This document shows, in pieces, positions 7,129 through 10,686 of a DNA stretch of 10,686 nucleotides. The stretch is from positions 1 through 10,686 of the forward strand of contig JADGIF010000333.1 of assembly GCA_018985225.1 (NCBI GenBank). Direction: 5' to 3'. Below the pieces are notes generated by a model. The model had not been told where the DNA came from, did not search any database, and was given only the letters and a program-made list of their open reading frames with translations. This stretch comes from Amoeboradix gromovi X-113. Lineage: Eukaryota; Fungi; Sanchytriomycota. Both the position numbers and the translations under genes were made by a program. Within the stretch, counting starts at the first letter, position 1. The number at the start of each line of letters is the position of its first letter.

Positions 7129-9345
7129 TTACTGACCTCCTCCGACTACTAATTTTTTCAAGGAATCCATAAATACTTGCATCGATACATCATCTGTGAA
7201 TATCGCTTGTCCTTGCTGATTCTGCTGATAAGTGCTACTTGGATTCAATCTTGCTAACAGAAATCTTGCCTGAGAGGTATTCTGATCGCATACAATATAT
7301 CTAGGTACAGGGCACCTATCTACCAGTACTTCCTTGGCATCTATCTCTGGCTGTTCCATCAACTGCTTAATGTTGCTATACTCCTCTTGTTCTTGTAGTC
7401 CTTGTTTAATCCATTGTGCAACCTGGTCTCCTCTGTGAATCAGCAAATGGAAGTAAGTGTCCAAAAGCAATATAGTGTCTGAAGTAACACTTGCAGAGTC
7501 TAGTAATACAGGCTCGGGCTCTGTCGGTGTGTTGTAATTATATCTCATCAGACTAGGCTGTATCATCAAAATGCATTCACCTACTACTTCACTATTTAGC
7601 GCGTGTCGGTAGAAGGCTGTCTCATCCGGTGAATTGTTAAACACCTGCAAGAACTGCGACCTCCTTAAGTGAAATAAAAATTGGGGATACTGGCTGAATA
7701 ATGGATTTAAATAAAACGAAGACGGATCATCCTTTTGATAATCTGCGCATCTTTGGCACAACTTAATCAGCATTCTATCTAACCATCTTAAAACATCCGC
7801 TACTTCATCCACTTCAGCTTTGCTTGTAGCTATCCTGGCCATTGCTACTATAGCCGCCTCTTGGTCAAACGAGCTTAAAGAGTCCTGTCCATCAGGTGAT
7901 TGTCCAAAACTAAATTAGCATTTAAAGTACTTGCGAGCAATTGTGGTTACTCTACAAACAGTCTCACTGCCAGATTGAGTATTTCTTTGATAAATAACAA
8001 CAAATTGTATGTACCCAGTTGACTTGCTAGTAGGCTGTTGGTTGCCGTTTTCAAAGTAGAAAGTAAAATTTGAATGATTACTTAATGATGACATTCTGAA
8101 TAATGAGGTATTGCCAACACCAACAACAGAGTCACCTACATTGACGCTTTTTTTACAGCAAGATTGAACATTACCTATACAGCCAGTGACTTTGATATCT
8201 GTACTAGTAAACACCTCTATAGTACAATTTAACCCAGTATCTTCAATCTCCATGAAGAACTTTAACAAAGACTGTTTAAATATAGATGTATTAAAGCTAT
8301 CGCTTAGCACCATGCAACCATTTGTATAGCCGGCCAGCGATCTCATCTCAGCCAATCCCACTTGATCTAAACAACCGGTGTATAAATCAATAACATGTCC
8401 GTTCTCACTAGCACGCAAAGCTAGTTCATCATAGTGCTTAGTAGCCTTTTTAAAGAACGTAGTAGATTCTTTATCGATGTCGTGATGCGATCTAAGGTGT
8501 AATTTTAAGGGGATTTCAACAATCTGTCCTGGGCCAATTGTACAAGGACCACCAAGGAAAGTAAGAATACGAGCCCCTGATTTAGGGACAAGCTGCTCCA
8601 ATAGACTCGTAGCCACACACAAAGCAGTACCGGTACAGGTTTCAAACCGTTGATCAATTGGTGTAGCCCAAGGTGAAGGCTTTAAATTCTCAATAAAGCT
8701 AGTTAGTTGGAATTCAACCTGGCTTAAAGGGGCTAGGAACTTGGCAGAAGGCTGGTTCAGATGTAAAATAGTGGCAATATCCTTGCTGGTGTAAGGTTTA
8801 GCCTTGAAAGCGTAACATCTGGTTAAGCCCATAATATCAGATAGATCATAGAGAAAAGTATGCTTATGAAAAGTAATAAGACCAACTTGAGTAGATTCAG
8901 GAAGCAATTGAATTAACGCTAGCAATGTTTGTTTTAACGCTGCCAACTCAGATTCTAAAATTGATAAATCAATTACAAACAACAGCGTCATAGGCAAAGA
9001 CTGCTTTAAAACAAATTCATTGGTGGTATAACTGGGATGAGTTTCTGGCAATGGAGCTTGTTGGTTAGCAAGAAGTTGCTGAGGGATCATATTTTTATAC
9101 ATGCAGAACAAGCAAGAAAAAGATCCATTTTGTTCGATTTGAGTAAATGGATTTAATACAGCAGAGCAATTTGTACATCTGACTGGCTGATATAATCCCA
9201 ACTCAGGAAAGTCTCTAATATTCAGAGGGGAATAACATACAGCGGTAGGAAGAACCAATTTCGTATTAGCTTGTTTACAGTTCGGGAGTACGTTCCAAGT
9301 CATTCTTACACCGTCGTTTGCTTCAATTTGATGATACACTTCCAT
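7129..9345 (-). CDS. SEC23: COPII coat subunit Sec23 (Sar1 GAP), about 731 aa; exons 9345-7931 and 7909-7129
   Basis: [11 protein letters not shown]; zinc finger CTNC...LNPF...CLFC; trunk domain [34 protein letters not shown]; SFDQEAA; [23 protein letters not shown]; arginine finger SQARFLL; [10 protein letters not shown]. Splicing gives RVTTIARNF, matching the conserved RVTTxARN. Confidence 0.97.
7910..7930 (-). other. 21-nt spliceosomal intron (phase 2) in SEC23
   Basis: CGC AA|GTACTTTAAATGCTAATTTAG|T TTT. It contains a GCTAAT branch-like motif abutting TTAG and an in-frame TAA. Removal restores ARN and the spacing to SFDQEAA. Confidence 0.92.
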
Positions 9346-9435
9346 GTAAATATATGTTGCGTTTGGAGGAGAATAGAATTAAAAAAGCAAATAAAATAAT
9401 TCAGATAAATTTATTTATAGCACTGCCGACAATTT

Positions 9436-10378
9436 CTAGGCTTGATCATTTAGTGCCACGCAAACAACTGCTTTTTGGTGACCGGTATATTGGCGAATGC
9501 TCTCACCTTGATTTATGTCCCATAGTCTTGCTGAATGATCGCTACTAACAGAAACCAGATACTGGCTATCTGCGGAGAACCTGCAGTCCCACACCCATCT
9601 TGAGTGTCCTTTTAGTGTTTTCAATTCACTTAAATCATCGGGATTAAACAATTTAATTGTAGAGTCGGCAGAGCATGTTGCCAGCGCCTGTCCATTTGGC
9701 GACATCATGCACTTAAGAATGTACCTGGAGTGCGCTGCAACCTCTTTTGTTAGCTTCATGGACTCATTAATCATAATTGCATCATCAGTTTTCGGGTCAT
9801 CAAAATTCTCATTTTCCCACTTGTAGAGTGTTCCGTTGTTGTTCACAGCATATAGCGCACTGCCATTGGGACTAATTGATACACTTCTCATCGCTATATC
9901 CTCAACTGGACATAGTTTAAGAAACGGTCTAAATTATTAATGATTACTTTTCGTACCTTATATCCCACATAACTATTTGTCCGATTTGATCAGCTGCGGC
10001 TACAAAATTCTTGTGAACTACCATGTGATTTAGTGTCTCATTATGCGGTATGATTTTGGGTGTGTTATTACTTCGCAAATCAAATAGGCGCAGATCTTGC
10101 TCACTACAACTTAATAAGCCAGGACCAAAAAAATAGTTACTAACTATGTTTCCAGGGTGATCTAAAGTCACCAAGGGCTTGGTGGTCGATTTTGTATCGA
10201 ATAGCTTAATTATGGAATTGCCACATCCTACCAGGAAATGCTTGTCTGCGCTAATATCCAGACAGTTTAGATGACTCTCAGGAAATGGTATTGTTTTGGA
10301 GGTTAGCCTTGTCAGCGCTTCCCAAAACTTAATTTGAGAATCAAAGCCACCAGTTACTAAAATTACAGATGATTCCAT
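9436..10378 (-). CDS. LST8: TOR complex subunit LST8 (WD40), about 307 aa; exons 10378-9948 and 9928-9436
   Basis: SVILVTGGFDSQIKFWEALT; AHSRYILKCMMSPNGQALATCSADSTIK; LKGHSRWVWDCRFSADSQYLVSVSSDHSARLWD; IRQYTGHQKAVVCVALND, all characteristic of LST8. Confidence 0.96.
9929..9947 (-). other. 19-nt spliceosomal intron (phase 2) in LST8
   Basis: GAA AA|GTAATCATTAATAATTTAG|A CCG gives WDIRYEKPFLKLCPVED, the same WD-to-Pro spacing as I recall for fungal LST8. An alternative in-frame donor at 9956 (28-nt intron) is possible but would delete 3 aa. Confidence 0.82.
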
Positions 10379-10399
10379 GATAGTCGCAAGGAGGTTAAG

Positions 10400-10416
10400 A
10401 TTTAGCTAAGCTAAAT
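10400..10416. repeat. 17-bp palindrome just upstream of the LST8 start
   Basis: ATTTAGCT-A-AGCTAAAT: perfect 8-bp arms with a 1-nt spacer, about 21 nt upstream of the ATG at 10378. Confidence 0.6.
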
Positions 10417-10686
10417 AAGGTACATAAGAAGGTATAGTACAAGAATTACTGATATTGGCTGTTGGAACACGCTACAAAATTAAGACATACTTTTAAAACA
10501 AATGTCTCTGCAGCTTGACCATTTTCTTGAATAAATCATTTATCGCGAATTTGTATATATTTTTGTATCATTTCAAGACTTTTTCAGATTTTCTAATAGC
10601 TTAAACACTCGATATTCTACCTTTTCGCAAATGGTAAATCAATTCTAAATAAATAATTAACAGGTACAGCATTCAAAGACGTATGA

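Noticed and set aside
1449-7930. Stop-codon reassignment or readthrough (TAA/TAG as Gln) explaining the in-frame breaks in PH-CLU and SEC23
   Set aside because: Genes end normally in TAA, TAG and TGA, and long ORFs have no other internal stops. The ELMO and LST8 breaks need a frame change, and all four breaks share the same GT...TAAYWTAG signal.
9318-9548. Plus-strand 76-aa ORF
   Set aside because: TTG start, antisense overlap of both SEC23 and LST8, no motifs.
9929-9956. Alternative 28-nt LST8 intron using the AG|GTACGA donor
   Set aside because: In frame, but it deletes YEK, shortens the conserved spacing and falls outside the 19-21 nt size class. It is not excluded as a minor isoform.
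693-10378. Treating ORF pairs 693-1442/1449-3692, 3671-4303/4287-4754, 7129-7842/7915-9345 and 9436-9891/9944-10378 as separate genes or pseudogenes
   Set aside because: Each pair joins into one full-length protein through a single tiny intron, and SEC23 and LST8 keep their conserved motifs.
10631-10686. Possible start of a plus-strand gene: ATG, 30-nt GT-AG intron (10634-10663), then VQHSKTY
   Set aside because: The intron is longer than the others and lacks TAAYWTAG, and too little sequence remains in the window to test it.
1-10686. CRISPR arrays, tRNA or rRNA genes, prokaryotic operon signals
   Set aside because: No regularly spaced direct repeats or recognisable structural RNA genes were seen, and the gene content is eukaryotic.

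Overview
AT-rich, very gene-dense eukaryotic nuclear DNA read with the standard genetic code. The Sec23 sequence looks fungal, so an early-diverging, genome-reduced fungus or fungal relative is likely (inference only). From left to right: the 3' end of an RNase H1-type gene (+); an unexplained ~630-bp gap; a PH + CLU + TPR-like gene (-); an ELMO-domain ARF/ARL-GAP gene (+); an F-box/WD40 gene (-); a 512-bp element bounded by 30-bp terminal inverted repeats; SEC23 (-); LST8 (-). Two signals stand out. (1) The four 'split' ORF pairs in the track are single genes, each interrupted by one ultra-short 19- or 21-nt GT-AG intron with the consensus GTA...TAAYWTAG, which places the likely branch A 6 nt from the 3' end. 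(2) The TIR-bounded element carries an ATG-less 108-codon frame missed by the ORF track. It resembles the C-terminal zinc-finger/RuvC-III part of TnpB/Fanzor RNA-guided nucleases and is followed by a hairpin specific to that end, so it may be a decayed Fanzor or omegaRNA-type non-autonomous element.
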